Shown piece by piece: positions 1 to 14,052 of a stretch of 64,000 nucleotides of DNA. This DNA comes from Raja brachyura. Taxonomy: Eukaryota. A program made the translations under genes and the position numbers. Numbering within the stretch: the stretch's first letter is position 1; each line of letters begins with the position of its first letter. Under the pieces are notes generated by a model. It ran no database searches. It worked only from the letters and a program-made list of their open reading frames with translations, and was not told where the DNA came from. Where the stretch lies: assembly GCA_963514005.1 (NCBI GenBank), contig OY740803.1:15810001-15874000 (forward strand), read 5' to 3'.

Positions 1-529
1 TACTGCAGAGAGGTATTACATATCTTTCATTCTGTGGAATTCACAAGATATCCCTGCATGGGTCTTGACTCATTATTTACACCGAGTATTATGTTGTAAT
101 GCAGCAAAACCTATGAAAACCTTGCAGTCCCTTGGAGTTAAGATATTTTGCTTCCATTCCAGTTCCATGAGTTATAAGGTGAGATTTACAGACTCCGGCC
201 TGGATGGGGACGATGGAGCTAGATGGGACGAATCAGTGAGCTCCCCAGACTATTACATACTTGCCTTTGACCTTCTCATGCTGCTGCTGGAGGGACTTGA
301 AGCATTCATTACTTGTCCGGATATTTCTCTTAATTTGAGCGGTCTTAAGCCAAACCGTGCTGAAAATCAAAAAGCTCAGGACAAGACATTTACCTGAAAT
401 GGTTACACAGCTTCTCTCTATAATTGCTGGCCGATCTGCTGAGCCCTTTCTGTTTTTATTTCCGATTCTCATGAGTTCACGAGGATGTTGATTTTTTTTT
501 TATCAGTGAGGCGATGCGGATATTCTGGA

Positions 530-650
530 AGTCTTAGAGCCATACAGCATGGTAAGAGGCCCTTCAGCCCAACTCCTGCATGCCGACCAAGATGCCACAT
601 CTAAGCCTATTCCGTTTGCTCATGTTTGGCCCATATCCTTCTAAACTTTT
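530..650 (-). mobile_element. CR1-type 3' end fragment
   Basis: catacagcatgg...aggcccttcagccca...catgccgaccaagatgcc matches the reverse of the CR1 3' UTR at 10440-10560. Confidence 0.6.
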
Positions 651-669
651 GTGCTTTCCTGGAACCACT

Positions 670-1817
670 TAGAAACATAGAAACATAGAAAATAGGTGCA
701 GGAGGAGACCATTCGGCCCTTCGAATGGTAACGCCATTCATTGTGATCATGGTTGATCGTCAGCAATCAATAACCCGTGCCTGCCTTCTCCCCATGTTCC
801 TTGATTCCACTAGCCCCTAGAGCTCTATCTAACTCTCTCTTAAATCCATCCAGTGATTTGGCCTCCACTGCCCTCTGTGGCAGGGAATTCCACAAATTCA
901 CAACTCTCTGGGTGAAAACGTTTTTTCTCTCCTCCGTCTTAAATGACCTCCCGTTTATTCTAAGACTGTGGCCCCTGGTTCTGGACTTGCCCAACTTTGG
1001 GAACATTTTTCCTGCATCTAGCTTGTGCAGTCCTTTTATAATTCTATATGTTTCTATAAAAGCCCTCCTCAACCTTCTAAACGCCAGTGAATACAAGCCT
1101 AGTCTTTTCAATCTTTCCTCATATGACAGTCCCGCCATCCCAGGGATCAATCTCGTGAACCTACGCTGCACTGCCTCAATCACAAGGATATCCTTCCTCA
1201 AATTAGGACCAAAACTGTACGCAATACTCCAGATGTGGTCTTACCAGAGCCCTATACAACTGCAGAAGAACCTCTCTACTCGTATACTGAAATCCTCTTG
1301 TTATGAAGGCCAACATTCCATTAGCTTTCTTCACTGCCTGCTGTACCTGCACGCTAACGTTCAGTGACTGGTGTACAAGGACACCCAGGTCTCGCTGTAC
1401 CTCCCCCTTACCTAACCTAACCCCATGTAGATAATAATTTGCCCCCTTTTTGCCACCAAAGTGGATAACTTCACACTTATCTATATTATATTGTATATGC
1501 CACACATCTTCCCACTCACTCAACCTGTCCAGATCACCCTGCAACCTCCTAACATCCTCTTCACAGTTCACACTGCCACCCAGCTTTGTGTCATCCGCAA
1601 ACTTGCTAGTGTTGTTCCTAATTCCCTCTTCCAAATCATTAATATATATGGTAAACAGTTGCGGCCCCAACACCGAGCCTTGCGGCACTCCACTCGCCAC
1701 TGCCTGCCATTCTGAAAAGGACCCGTTCACTCCTACTCTTTGCTTCCTGTCTGTCAACCAATTTTCTATCCGCGTCAACACCCTACCCCCAATGCCATGT
1801 GCTCTAATTTTAGTCAC
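670..1817 (-). mobile_element. CR1-clade LINE (HER1-like), 5'-truncated, ORF2 RT C-terminus and 3' tail
   Basis: Minus-strand ORFs 1203-1844 (SGVPQGSVLGPQLFTIYINDL...KFADDTKL, RALVRPHLEYC) and 767-1201 (VQRRFTRLIPG, RTRGH, RVVNLWNSLP) are joined by a frameshift near 1202. The 3' end is an (ATAGAAAC)n microsatellite on the + strand. Confidence 0.93.
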
Positions 1818-2555
1818 TTGTGCTACCAAGGCATCAGTTGCCATGTTGGCGTGAGCTTGGAGTAAGTGACTTGTTTAAAGAGTTTTAATCAGATCATGGG
1901 CTACTTTATGTGTCATTGTTCCTCTCTGATAAATTTACATGCAGACCTTTTTAACATTCTGCCATGTTCTAGTTCCTTTTTTTCATTAGTTTTAATGTAA
2001 TCACAGGTCGTTTGTTCCATTTGCAACATTTTACATTTAGCACACTAATTTTTTTTACAGACACTGCCAGTACAGTCCTGTATCACTAAACATTTTTTTT
2101 GTCTGCTTCATGCTACAAAAAAATATTTCTGTGAAGTTTCACAATCTTCATCATAACACTTGTGTGGAATTAAGATTGTGCTGGAAATTGTATCTGCCAC
2201 TCTGTATTGTCTGTTGTAGACAACACACAGATTCCTATCTGCCCACCATGGCTCTTCCTTCAATGCCTGCCAGATCCTGCTGTTAGATGAGACTGTAGCC
2301 AGCTTTTAGGATTACAGCAGAGTTGTCAACAATAACTCTTTAAAATGAAATAACTGCTGTCAATCGGGGTTCCATAGATGTTATGGAAGATTTTAATCCA
2401 ATCTCTCTGCTCCTGAAATAGAAGTCTTTTTAGTTAAGTCCAAAATTATATTAATACACGACCCAAAATGATTAGTATGCAGTATTTCATACACCAAATT
2501 TCAGCTAGTTATGAAATTAAGTGCAGATTTTTGGCTGCAATATAATATTGAAATG

Positions 2556-3473
2556 TTCAAGTTCTAGTAAGTTTATTGTCATGTGTCCCTGATAGGACAA
2601 TGAAATTCTTGCTTTGCTTCAGCACAACAGAACATAGTAGGCATTGACTACAAAACAGATCAGTGTGGCCATGTACCATTATCTACATAAATACACACAT
2701 GAATAAATAAACTGATAAAGTGCAAATAACAGACAATGGATTATTAATGTTCAGAGTTTTGTCCGAGCAAGTTTTAAAAGCCTGATGGCTGTGGGGAAGT
2801 AGCTATTCCTGAATCTGGTCGTTGCAGTCTTCAGGCTCCTGTACCTTCTATCTGAAGGTTACAGGGAGATGAGTGTGTGGCCAGGATGGTGTGGGTCTTT
2901 GATGATACTGCCAGCCTTTTTGAGGCAGTGACTGCGGTAAATCCCCTCGATGGAAGGAAGGTCAGAGCCGATGATGGACTGGGCAGTGCTTACTACTTTT
3001 TGTAGTCCTTTCCTCTCCAGGGCACTCAAGTTGCCGAACCAAGCCACAATGCAACCGGTCAGCAAGCTCTCTACTGTGCACCTGTAGAAGTTAGAGAGAG
3101 TCCTCCTTGACAAACCGACTCTCCGTAATCTTCTCAGGAAGTAGAGGCGCTGATGAGCTCTCTTAATAATTGCATCAGTGTTCTCGGACCAGGAAAGATC
3201 TTCAGAGATGTGCACGCCCAGGAATTTGAAGCTCTTGACCCTTTCAACCATTGATATAAGCGGGACTGTGGGTCCCCATCCTGCTCCTTCCAAAGTCCAC
3301 AATCAGTTCCTTGGTTTTGCTGGTGTTGAGGGCCAGGTTATTGTGCTGGCAACATCTGGACAGTTGCTCGATCTTTCTTCTGTATTCCGACTCATCCCCA
3401 TCAGTGATACGTCCCACAACATGGTGTCGTCAGCGAACTTGATGATGAAGTTCGCACTGTGACTGGCTACGCA
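2556..3473 (-). mobile_element. Rex1/Babar-clade LINE, 5'-truncated and frameshifted
   Basis: Minus-strand IIKFADDT, then VERVKSFKFLGVHISEDLSW...AHQRLYFLRRL...FYRCTVESLLTGCIVAWFGN...DPHHPGH. The 3' UTR ends with aataaa and a short tail. Confidence 0.88.
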
Positions 3474-3650
3474 GTTTGGCAGCTTTTGTTGATCTATTGT
3501 AGAATTAGGAAAATATAAAAACCTAATTATCACATCACATTAATTATGTTAATTGGACTGAATTAACTCATTTTTAAAGATTTTTGGTATTTATCAGAAA
3601 AGCAGCTGGACTGTTTTGCATTTCATTAAGCTACCAATAGAAATAAGTAA

Positions 3651-4230
3651 TGGGCCTGTCCCACTTAGGCTTTTTAGGTGACTGCAGGCGACTAGGCTGT
3701 TGTCACATGGTTGTCGGGGTGTCGCCTGTCTGGTCGTGAGCAGCCTCCTCAATCACCCAGAGTCAGAGCGTCTTTCCGGTCGCCGCTGGATTTTTAACAT
3801 GCTCAAAATGTCGCAGGTTGTCGCCAGGTGACATTGGTTGCCGCCAGTGCTGACTTTGATGAATTCCATTGGTGACTACCTACGTCAACCTACGTCAACC
3901 GGCGACAGGTACCGGCGACAGAATTGTCTTCAGTTGTCGCCGGGTCGTAGCTCGTCGCGGGTGGACGTAGGTCGTAGCATGACGCAACTGGATGTAGGTT
4001 GACTTCGGTTGCGTAGGTTGTTGCTTGTGTGGCCGTAGGTGTGGACGTAGGTGGACATCCTAATAGGCCACCGGTTGGCGATAACTAGCCGTAGCATGAC
4101 GTCGACTAGGTGGTAGGTTGTTGTAACTTGTCGTAGACATTGTTGTAGGGCGGGTCCAGTCGCCGTTTTTTCAGCGACCTGCTACGACTTTGACAGTCGC
4201 CAAATAAATCGCCTAAGTAGGACAGGCCCT
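3651..4230. mobile_element. Non-autonomous TIR DNA transposon (MITE, PIF/Harbinger-like), subfamily A
   Basis: TIR GGGCCTGTCCCACTTAGGC at 3652 and GCCTAAGTAGGACAGGCCC ending at 4229, flanked by TAA on both sides. The interior is CpG-rich with many GTCGCC/GTCGTAG/GTAGGT motifs. Confidence 0.85.
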
Positions 4231-4489
4231 TAATATATTAAATAATGTACATCGCTAGTCTCTTTTAATTTTGCATTGGGTAATCTCTTATAACTTTCTT
4301 ACCTCTGCTTGTACTGGGCAGTGGCAGAATTTAATGAACCATGATTGCTTTTATAATCAAAACAACACTCCAAAGCATTTGAGGATGGAGACAAATGAAG
4401 TACAAGAGTTCAGTGAACTGTTGCAATATTAACTTGTTCTTTACCAGGTTTGCATTTTATGGTAATATATTTAAGAAACCACAAAATGG

Positions 4490-5060
4490 GCATAGGGCAA
4501 GGCTATTAGTGCCCTCAAGCCTGCACTGCCATTCACAGTGACCGATCCTCAACATCACTTTCCACCCCATTCCTCTAACATCTATAAACTTATAGATCTA
4601 ATTTTTTAATACAATATACGATCGAGCCTCCATTACAGGGAATTCTTCTAATTTACCACCCTTAAAGTGAAAAAATTCACCCCACGTCAGTCTGAAATCC
4701 TTTCTTATATCCCTAACATTTTCCCCAAATATACACTATTAAACACTTCTAATCATTTTGAATGTTTCAATCAGTTAACTTCCTGTTCCTAACAAAAAAA
4801 TAAAGACCCAGCCTACTCAATCATTCCTATTAGGACAATCCTTCATCCCAGGTATCTGACTGGTACATCTTTGCTGCCTTCCCTCTGCACTAGGTATATC
4901 CTTCTTTAGGTTAGGTGATTAAAATTGAACATTATATTCCAGGTGTGGTCTTATACAATTGTAGTAAAGCATCCCTACTTTTGTGCTTGGATCTTCTAAT
5001 TGCCTGCTGCATCTGTATGCTAACTTTCAATATTTTATCACAAGGAGATCAAAGTCCCTT
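4490..5060 (-). mobile_element. Old degenerate CR1 fragment
   Basis: Collinear decayed similarity to 700-1390 (for example tcccaggtatctgactgg, aaattgaacattatattccaggtgtggtctta). Confidence 0.7.
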
Positions 5061-8000
5061 TGAACATGAACATTTCCAAATATCTCAACATTTTTTTTTT
5101 AAAAACTCTTTTTTTTTTAGTATCACTAAATAGCACAGTTGAAAATAAGAGTTATACGATGTGCTGTCTTTGTCCAGCAAGCAATGATACAAAACTTGTT
5201 AGGTACATTAGAGGTAACTTCATTCTTGGAAAAGCCATTATTTCTGATTTAATGTTTGGACATATCCAGCTTATCCAGAAAAGAAAAGTCACAGTGCTGA
5301 AGTAACTCAGCGGGTCAAGCAACATCTCTGGAGAACAGGTCTCAGTGACATTTCGGGTCAGGCCCCCTTTTTCTGAGTTACTCTATCACTTTGTGTCTAT
5401 TTTTAATAAATCAGCATCTGCATTTCCTTGTGTCTCCATCTTACCCATTTTTTAAAAAATGTTTAGAAAGATCAGGTAAATCAACCAACTGTTGGTGCTT
5501 TTTTATGTTGGAAAAGGCCTTTGACATTGACATACCGGCAAGCAGAACTTAATGTGTGTGTATTGGAATGCGTGCAATTCACTATTTCCAAAATCCATTC
5601 AAAATAGAACAGGTTATATTTGGCAAATCTTTTTACATCTAATTTGAAGAGAGGAATATATATAATAAAATTAACCTGCGTACTTCCTGTGCCTGCATAC
5701 TTTAAATCCAGAACCAAAACAAAATGTATGGTTTGTTACCTGCATTCAATTTCCAGCCTGTATTAAGTGAGACAACAAAGACAACTAATGAACAAAATCT
5801 GCTTGTTTTTTCTGTACTTGCTTTTCATAATGTGATGAACAAGTGGACTGAGATAAGTAACCACCAGGGCTTGAAATGGTTGCTGATTGAGGTATGCAAA
5901 GATTGATTCTTGACGTTACTATATGTGCTTTGTGGTCCACTGTAAAATCTATCAAAAAGAATTTCCTGTGATCCATACACTGCCAAATTTACTGGTGCAC
6001 TTTTCAATAGATTAACAGGAAATTTAATTGTCGTATGCAGGTTCTACTGATTGCAAAATAGCATTGTGGGATATGTTCTATATTCATATTAGTTTTGGAG
6101 CATTTGTGGCATTTGAGAGTTAGCTGACAATTCACTGCATTATAGTCATTGAGATATACAGCATGGAAACAGGCCCATCAGCCTATCGAGTTTATGCCAA
6201 CTATCAACAATCCATTTAAAGTAATCCACCACTAATCCTATTTTATTCCACGCACATTCTCATTGCCTGCCCCCTGACTCTATTACTCACCTTCACATTA
6301 GGGAAAATTGCTATAGCCAATTAACCTACCGATCCGCGTCTTCGAGATGTGCGATTTCTTTACTTATTATTTGAAGTAAAATAATGTAAGATTAAGAATG
6401 TTTTCGTAGTTTGTTATTTAATTCATGATTTTGAGGTCTATTATTCAGATGTTTTTTCAATTAAATTAGCTTTCCATTGGTGATATACCTTATCGGGGCC
6501 TGGACATACTCAGCTAGACTCTGAAACTGGCACACTGCCCCTATATAGTAGAATCTGAATTAGAAGCCAAGAGGTAGATAAAAGAAAGCCAAGTATTAAC
6601 TGAATTGCATGTGGGAAATGATATGTTTTTTTTTTAATTGGCCATTTATGTTATACTTTCGAATAGAAAAGGATCATTCTGTACCTCCCAATGTACCACA
6701 TCTGTGTGTGTGAGTTGAAATGTATTCAGCCCCTGGCACTGCCTCCACATGTACAAAATTTAAATGTGCGCAGTTGCCAATTTTTAATATTTGTGATTTT
6801 ATCGTTCTCTCGTTCAGAATTCTCTAATGTGTGGACCAATGATGTGATGCTCACAAACCTCAATGCCAATGATCAACTTCATTGATCCACATTTAATTTG
6901 GTTCTTGGCAATGTTGCACCTCTGAAAGCAGAACTGGCTTCTGTGTTTCTCAAGCCATTCCAGCACTTTCATTGATGACGCAGTGGTGCTACCTTACAAT
7001 TTGGCTATCAGTTTCAAAGTAAATTTTTGCACAGTTCACAGAATTCAGGTTAAATAATTTTTTCCGCAGAGCTATGGGAATAGAGTACTTGAGGAAGGAA
7101 CCTGAGAAACCTTGAGGAACTAAAGTACATGAGGAACTTTCATTATGCTATCTTCCAATATTAAACCTTTATAATATTTTTGAGATGCTACCACAGTAGC
7201 ACATTTACTACATAGCTGAATGCCAAGATAACATTGTTATTTCCATTCAGGTGACATCTGTATATTTTGTTATTACAGTAAAAAGTAGACAGCAATGTTT
7301 GCATTTGTATCAAAAAAGAGAATTTGGCTCCACAGACCCATGCTGGTATTTATGCTCCACATGAGTCACCATTCATCTGTATTCTTAATAGTGTTTTGAA
7401 GTAAAAGCACTCGGTTGATTCCACTTTACAATGTAAATACAATTACTATTTCCTAGTGCATACACCTTACACTTCATCAAAAAGATATGATTTTAATTTG
7501 CACAGTTTTCAAATAATTTACAAACAGGTCAACATTCATGTTGGGAAATCTGTGCAGGAAGTTTCAAGTCGGGATGATTGCTTTACCCTTCACAACATGG
7601 CGCATTAAAAGGCTGTTAGTTTAGATCAAATAATATCAAGTAGCAGCACTATGGCATTGCTATAAAGCAGAAATATTTCTGAAGAGATCTGCAGCAGAAA
7701 GATAACGTAATTCCTCAACCAGAAAAGACCTCTGTCAAATAATGTAAATACCTAGAAGGCATTTGTTCATTAATCTCCCATAAGTACTATTAAAGTTGTG
7801 GATTGGAACAGCACCTTCTATTTACTTCATTTTTTTTGACAACTCAACAGTTTGACTTCATAAGGAACATCTGGCAGGGAAGGATTTTATTTAATGGATT
7901 AATTTGATGTATTGAATAATTAGCTAGAAATTAAATATATACGTGATGATGTGGAGTGCTAATCTTTCACAAAAAAAACATTATCCTATTTGATTTAGTA

Positions 8001-9569
8001 TTTATACCGCATTTGTAATACATTTATTGTAAAACATTGCAGTTTGAATAATCAATGTTAGATCTAAATTTCTAAAATGCAATACTAATTGCCAATTAAT
8101 CTAAAAACAGTCTGCTAAAGGGTTAAAAAATAAATAAAAGCTTGAACATTTGATTCACTTTTTTTCATTACCTTCCAATGTAACCTGGTTTAAGATTAAT
8201 GAGGCAATATTATTTAAATTCCAAGACTTGCAGGCAAAACTGGAATTACAATTTCAAATAGCAGCTAAGAGTGATGACTTAATGCATCTAAATAGGTTTT
8301 CAAATTTGCATGTTTTAAATGTATGTTTGAGGCAGGATTCCATCTTTATTACTGCCACAAGGTGTGTTGGCTCAAGGGTAGAGAGGAAAGTGCACACTAT
8401 TCCTTTCTATATGCTGCAGCTTTTGCAAAGTTCTGTTGGGTTGTTTACTCTGTTCACAATCCAGACCCTCCCATGGTTTCCTTCGGATAATATGGCACAT
8501 TTCAAATGTAAAAAAAATAACAGCTAATTTCTGCTAACATGCTCTTTCAAGGGAAAAAACATCCACTTTATTAATATCCATCGTGGAATAAATATTGGTC
8601 ATACCACAAGCATAACTCCACTGCTTTCCTTCGGAGAAAGTCCCCTGCAGCCTTCGGCACCTACTCGAGCTGATCAGGAAGTCAATACGCCTGATGGTGT
8701 AACTTTCTCTAGTGCTATACTTGGGCTCAAAACTATAGTCGGACACTCAAACCTCTGCAGTGCGTCACATGCTCACACACTTCAGACTGCACTGTGGCCA
8801 ACATTGCCAGAATTGTTTTAGATGGTGAGTCTTGAGAAAGATCAAGAAAGCCAAGTTAGTTGGTTGATGGGTATAAATTACTTTCATTTGATCAGCTAAT
8901 AATCTTTGTATGCTTGCATTCATTTAAATGCAAACACATACACTTTTATTAACGCCTTTAATAAATGTGAATAAACATTTTCAATTCTCAGTATTTAACC
9001 TTAAACACCAAGCACCTAGATTAATTATTTTTTATTTTTTTAATGTGCTGCATTGGCAAGAAGCATTTCACTACACCAATTGGTGTATGTGACCAATAAA
9101 TAACCTTTGAACCTTTGAAAACTGCTGATTAAAACCTGATAAAGGACAATTGGAGAAGATTGTCGTATGGTGATGTTTAGAATTTAGCAACTGGAAGAAT
9201 TATGTTCCTCCTTGCATTTTAAGAGTGTAATGCTGTATTGCAGTGTGCAATTGCTTCAGTTTTTTTGGATGTACTTCAAACAAGTTCAAAATAACATACA
9301 AATATAATTGTACGTTATTTTTGAAGGGAATTTTCCAATGATGTTTAGGTATTATTCTCACAGACTATAGATAATAAATGATTTGAGTCTATATGAGTGA
9401 ATACAATTACCAAGTTATTGTTCGTAACAAAATATCACGCAATCATAAGGGGGTTATAATGGCTGCCGTGCAGACATCGATTTGACTTTGTACATTTATT
9501 GTATGGCAACAAATTAAAAAATGCTACTTCAGTTGAACATTTAAAATGGAATTATAAGCTGATAAAAGC

Positions 9570-9720
9570 AAGTTTAATTAAGTTCAGTTTAGAGATACAG
9601 CGTGGAAAAAGGCCCTTCGGCCCACTGAGTCCACACCGACCAGCGATCCCCACACAACAACACTATCCTACACACTAGGGACAATTTACATTTATACCAA
9701 GCCAATTAACCTACAAACAT
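9570..9720 (-). mobile_element. 3' half of an HE1-like SINE (a similar decayed copy lies at about 6145-6350)
   Basis: tttagagatacagcgtggaaaaaggcccttcggcccac...aagccaattaacctacaaac. Confidence 0.78.
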
Positions 9721-9743
9721 GAGTTTGGTGAAAGATTTCTGCT

Positions 9744-9782
9744 TCTCAATGCACCTAGAAACACATTCTAGGTGCATTGAGA
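9744..9782. repeat. Perfect 17-bp inverted repeat with a 5-nt loop
   Basis: TCTCAATGCACCTAGAA-ACACA-TTCTAGGTGCATTGAGA. Confidence 0.92.
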
Positions 9783-10219
9783 GTAAACAATGTTTGCTGG
9801 GCGCAGTGGAACAAAAAATACGTCATTAGGCTAATGTGTTTGGAAGGGTTGGTTTCTGATTACAGCAAACACACACTAATTTACTTGTGTACTGACATTT
9901 ATTTCAACATGGAACTGTAGTTTGTTAGTCTTCAATTAAAAATAAACACGATTACTATTGTAATGCATGTAAGATCAACATTTTATTACCCCAAATAGTA
10001 TCCTGAATGCTTCACCAAATTTGTGAACACCTCAGACCAGTAAATACTCTATCATTCTTTATATTTTAAAGTAAATTAATTGAATCTGAAAAAAAAGTTT
10101 ATATTATTTGCTACATTTTAATTATTGCTTTAACAAACAGACTGCATCAATTCAAGTTCCTCAATGACAAAAAAGAGTGAGTATCTGCTTTGAATTGAAT
10201 TGGCAGTTAACTTTATTGA

Positions 10220-10560
10220 TAGACTGGGTGAATGCACATAATCATTTACCCAGTGTAGGGGAATTAAGAACCAGAGGGCATACGTTTAAGGTAAGAGGGT
10301 AAGCATGTAATAGTAACCTGTGGGGCAATGTTTTCACTCATGGGGTGGAGGGTAAATGGAATGAGCTGTCAGATATGGTAGTTGAGGCAGGTACTATAAC
10401 AACATTTAAAATACACTTACACAGGTACATGGATAGAAACGGTTGAGAGTAGGTGTGGGCCAAATGTAGGCAAATGGGAGTAGTTTAGATGGGGCATCTT
10501 GGCCGGCATGGACGAGTTGAGCCAAGGGGCCTGATCCATGCTGTACGACTCTCTGACCTT
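10220..10560 (+). mobile_element. CR1 3' end
   Basis: agaaccagagggcat...tttaaggt (RTRGH region), tggaatgagctg and gggcctg...ccatgctgta tail. Confidence 0.75.
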
Positions 10561-11679
10561 ATTAAGGAATAAATATATCAGTGACTTTCAACATTTGAGC
10601 AGCTAAATACAGATTTGACATATTGCCTGAGTATTCCTGTTCCTCTGTACTAATGTTGTGATTTTTATTATGAAGGATAGTAGCACATTGAATATCTGTG
10701 AAAAGTGTCATAAAATCTTCAAGCCCATAACATTCGGATCACATGGAATCTTAAATCACTGGCATATAATGTTTCTGGATTGAAAAATTAAATCCAGATT
10801 TTAATTTTGGTAGATTATTATTTTTATGTATTTTCTTGTTGCTCTTGTTTCTCTTAATAAGTTTTCCTTTGCTCTTAAAAGTTTGTTTTGTGTGCAGAAT
10901 GTTTCATTATGTTAAATATTCTATCTTATATTGCGTGTCCTATAATCTGTTCACTTGGTCCTCATTCCGATTACCGGTAGCTAAGGCATTATACAGTCAG
11001 TTACCCTGTTCATAGGTCCCACATCCACAGTGGATGTGTACTGTGCTTCAACTTTCTAATTACTGCAAATGATAGGGCAAAGGCCCTTAGTAATGCTGGA
11101 CAAATGTAAGCAGTATGAATGGTGAGCACTATTCATTTGCTGCTGATTGCAAAAACAAATCCTTTATATAACGCATGTTCCTTGGCTTGTTTCCCATCAT
11201 AAACCAGTGAAAAAGCATGCATGATATGAAGATTTGTTTGGTACTTTGCCTAAATGGCTACAAGCCAAATATGAAGCTGCCTAAACTTGCTCTAACTTGT
11301 GACGGCATGGCCCATTTTTGCAAGGTCTCCACTTGTAAAACCCTTCGGGCCTCACGTTAAAAGGTAGCACAGGTATATGCAACATTCTTCTTTGGTTTTA
11401 CTCTATGCCAAAAAATTGTGTGTCTTTTCATGGAATTAATCTGTTGGTGCTCCCACTTTGAATTCATTTTCTTCCTGCTGGTTGATTTTCCATTCTTTTT
11501 ATTATTTTGCTTTCTATTTGTTCTGTATCTTCTTTTACAATCCTTGTCAATTTCTGATTTGAGTCAATACTTTCTTCTCTCTGAGTAAATGTGGACCATT
11601 TATTATTTAGATGTTTTGATGCTAATTTTGAATTCAAATTACAAGTCAATATATCAACAGAGCCGAATGAGTGTTTCTA

Positions 11680-12480
11680 TATAGAACATAGAACAGTGCA
11701 ACACAGGAATGGGCCCTTTGACCCACAATGTTTGTGCTGAACATGATGGCAAATTAAACTTATCTGCCTGTATGTGACCCATATCTATTTCCTGCACTTC
11801 CATGTACCTATCTAACGACCTCTTAAATGCCGTTATCATTTCTCCACCACAATCGCCTGGCAGTGCATTCCAGGCCCCCATCACTGTGCATTTGCCCTGC
11901 ACAACCCCATTAAAGTTTCTCCCTCTCAAGCTATAGCTCTGGCCTCGTGTGTTGGACATTTCCACCTTGGGGGGGAAAAAGGTTCTGACTGTCTACACTA
12001 TCTATACCTCTCATAATTTTATATACTTCCATAGAAACATAGAAACATAGAAAATAGGTGCTGGAGTAGGCCATTCGGCCCTTCGAGCCTGCACCGCCAT
12101 TCAATATGATCATGGCTGATCATCCAACTCAGTATCCTGTACCTGCCTTCTCTCCATACCCCTTGATCCCTTTAGCCACAAGGGCCACATCTAACTCCCT
12201 CTTAAATATAGCGTTAAATTAAATTAGATATTCCATCAAGTCTCCTCTCAACCTCTTACATTCCAGAGAAAACAATCCAAGACTATCCAACCTCTCTCTG
12301 TAGCTGAAACCCTCTAATCCAGGTGGGAATCTGGTAAACCTATTCTGCACCTTCTCCAAATCCTCCACATCTTTCCTGTAATGGGACAACCAGAACTGCA
12401 TGCAATACCCCGAATGCAGCTTAATCAAAGTCCTTTGGAGCTGCATAGACTTCCTGACTCTTATATTCAATGCCCTCGAT
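11680..12480 (-). mobile_element. Older CR1 fragment with a younger CR1 3' end nested at about 12031-12212
   Basis: Minus-strand ORFs give LEKVQNRFTR...SYRERL..LGLFSLE.KRLRGDL and NTRG. The nested piece has an ATAGAAAC tail and is nearly identical to 48882-49040. Confidence 0.85.
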
Positions 12481-13714
12481 CTATTGTGCTGCCAGGCTCA
12501 GTGAGCAATGAACTTGGAAATTTAGGACCTCTCTTCCTGTCACAGAGGATTTTTATTATGCTCAGTCAGTTCCATTTGCAGGCCATGCTGTTCATTTGCT
12601 CAAAACTGATACTCTACTCTGAACTCATTCATGGAAAGAGATTGCCAAGTGGATAGAACTAGTCCATTGGCTTTGTGCCAGGTTTAAGACCTTGATCTTC
12701 AAACATATTTTTTCCTTAAGCAGCCAAAGACTGTGCTGGCACACATAATGACCCCTCGTCAAACGTTGTATGTTTGGTAAAAGTATACGCTAGCAAGAAC
12801 AGTCCCATTAACGAAACAACATAGTGGAGGCACTAAAGGGGCCAGACCTTGCTTAAAGCTTTGATAAACTGTTGAGGCATTCATCGAAGATTTAATTTAT
12901 GATTTTGGCAAAGGATGTTGAAGTGTTCTGAGAGACTACGTAAAACTAAAACAAAAGAATTATTGTAATAAAGCATGCTTTGTTGTCATTTGATTCATTG
13001 CCTAATGCTTGCACTGCCTACTTTAAGATATGTGGGACTACACATGTGATAAGGAATTTAGATTGCCCAGAGAATGGGGATTGGCAGGTAGCTAACTCAT
13101 ACATTCAATAGGGCTAATAAGTAGGAAGATAACTATTATACTGAAGAAATTGGCCAGTTGAGCGGTGCTTTCAGGTCAAACTTGGGAGTAAGACTAAACT
13201 ACGAGCTGATGTGTGAGGGATATTCCTGCAAGATCGGAAAAGGCCTAAATACACTTAGTTGATTGGAATGTGAGAAAAAATGCAGAGAATAATTGAGCTG
13301 TGGAAGTTCCCAGATTCCTCCCTCTGTTCCCACAAAGTGACCTGGGTTGTTTTAGTCTAATTTTTCTCTTCTCCCAGAGGTCAAGTGTGCTGTGAGGAAT
13401 GTATATAGCAAGGTATGCAAGATATTACAAATCTGTGGTAGAGGCAGGATAGATTAGAAAATTATTTCCCTGTACGTCATTGATGCTATGTTCAGTTCAG
13501 AAACTGGAGAGACGGCAGAATCAAGGTACAAGAGATTAATGGTTACATTAATGGATTCGTGAAACAATCAAAATAAAATGTCAACCATGCAACTTGATAA
13601 CCGATAGTCTTTTATTAATGATCATTCTTAACATCATAAATAATTCTTAAACATTTTAGTATAAGAATTTGGTTAGATTTTGTACAAAGCATAGATAGAT
13701 GTGGCACATATTGA

Positions 13715-14008
13715 GCGGCACAGTGGCGTAGGGGTGTAGGGGTACAGCGCCAGAGACCCGGGTTCGAACCTGACAACGGATGCTGTCAGTACGGAATTTG
13801 TACGTTAACCCCGTGACTACGTGGGTTTTCTCCAGGAGCCCCAGTTTCCACCCACGCTCCAAAGCCATACAGGTTTGTAGGTTAAATGGCTTGGTATAAT
13901 TGTAAATTGTCCCTGCTGTGTAAGACAGTGTTAGTGTGAGGGGATTTCTGGTCAGCGCATACTCGGTGGGCCGAAGGTCCTGTTTCCATGCTGCATCTCT
14001 AAACTAAA
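13715..14008 (+). mobile_element. HE1-like tRNA-derived V-SINE, near full length
   Basis: Head with B-box-like GGTTCGAACC, V-domain-like GTGGGTTTTCTCC...GTTTCCACCCAC and CR1-type tail GGGCCGAAGGTCCTGTTTCC...CTAAACTAAA. Confidence 0.82.
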
Positions 14009-14052
14009 GTAGCTTTTAGAAGCATTCAGGAAAATTGTATGGGTGGTCCTCA

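Noticed and set aside
65-397. 110-aa ORF as a gene or COX10 exon
   Set aside because: TTG start, no recognisable COX10 or other motif; a faint resemblance to an RT segment was too weak to call.
777-1854. Plus-strand ORFs of 196 and 134 aa
   Set aside because: These are antisense shadows of the CR1 ORF2.
13715-13790. tRNA gene
   Set aside because: The A/B-box-like head continues into a V-SINE body and no cloverleaf is evident.
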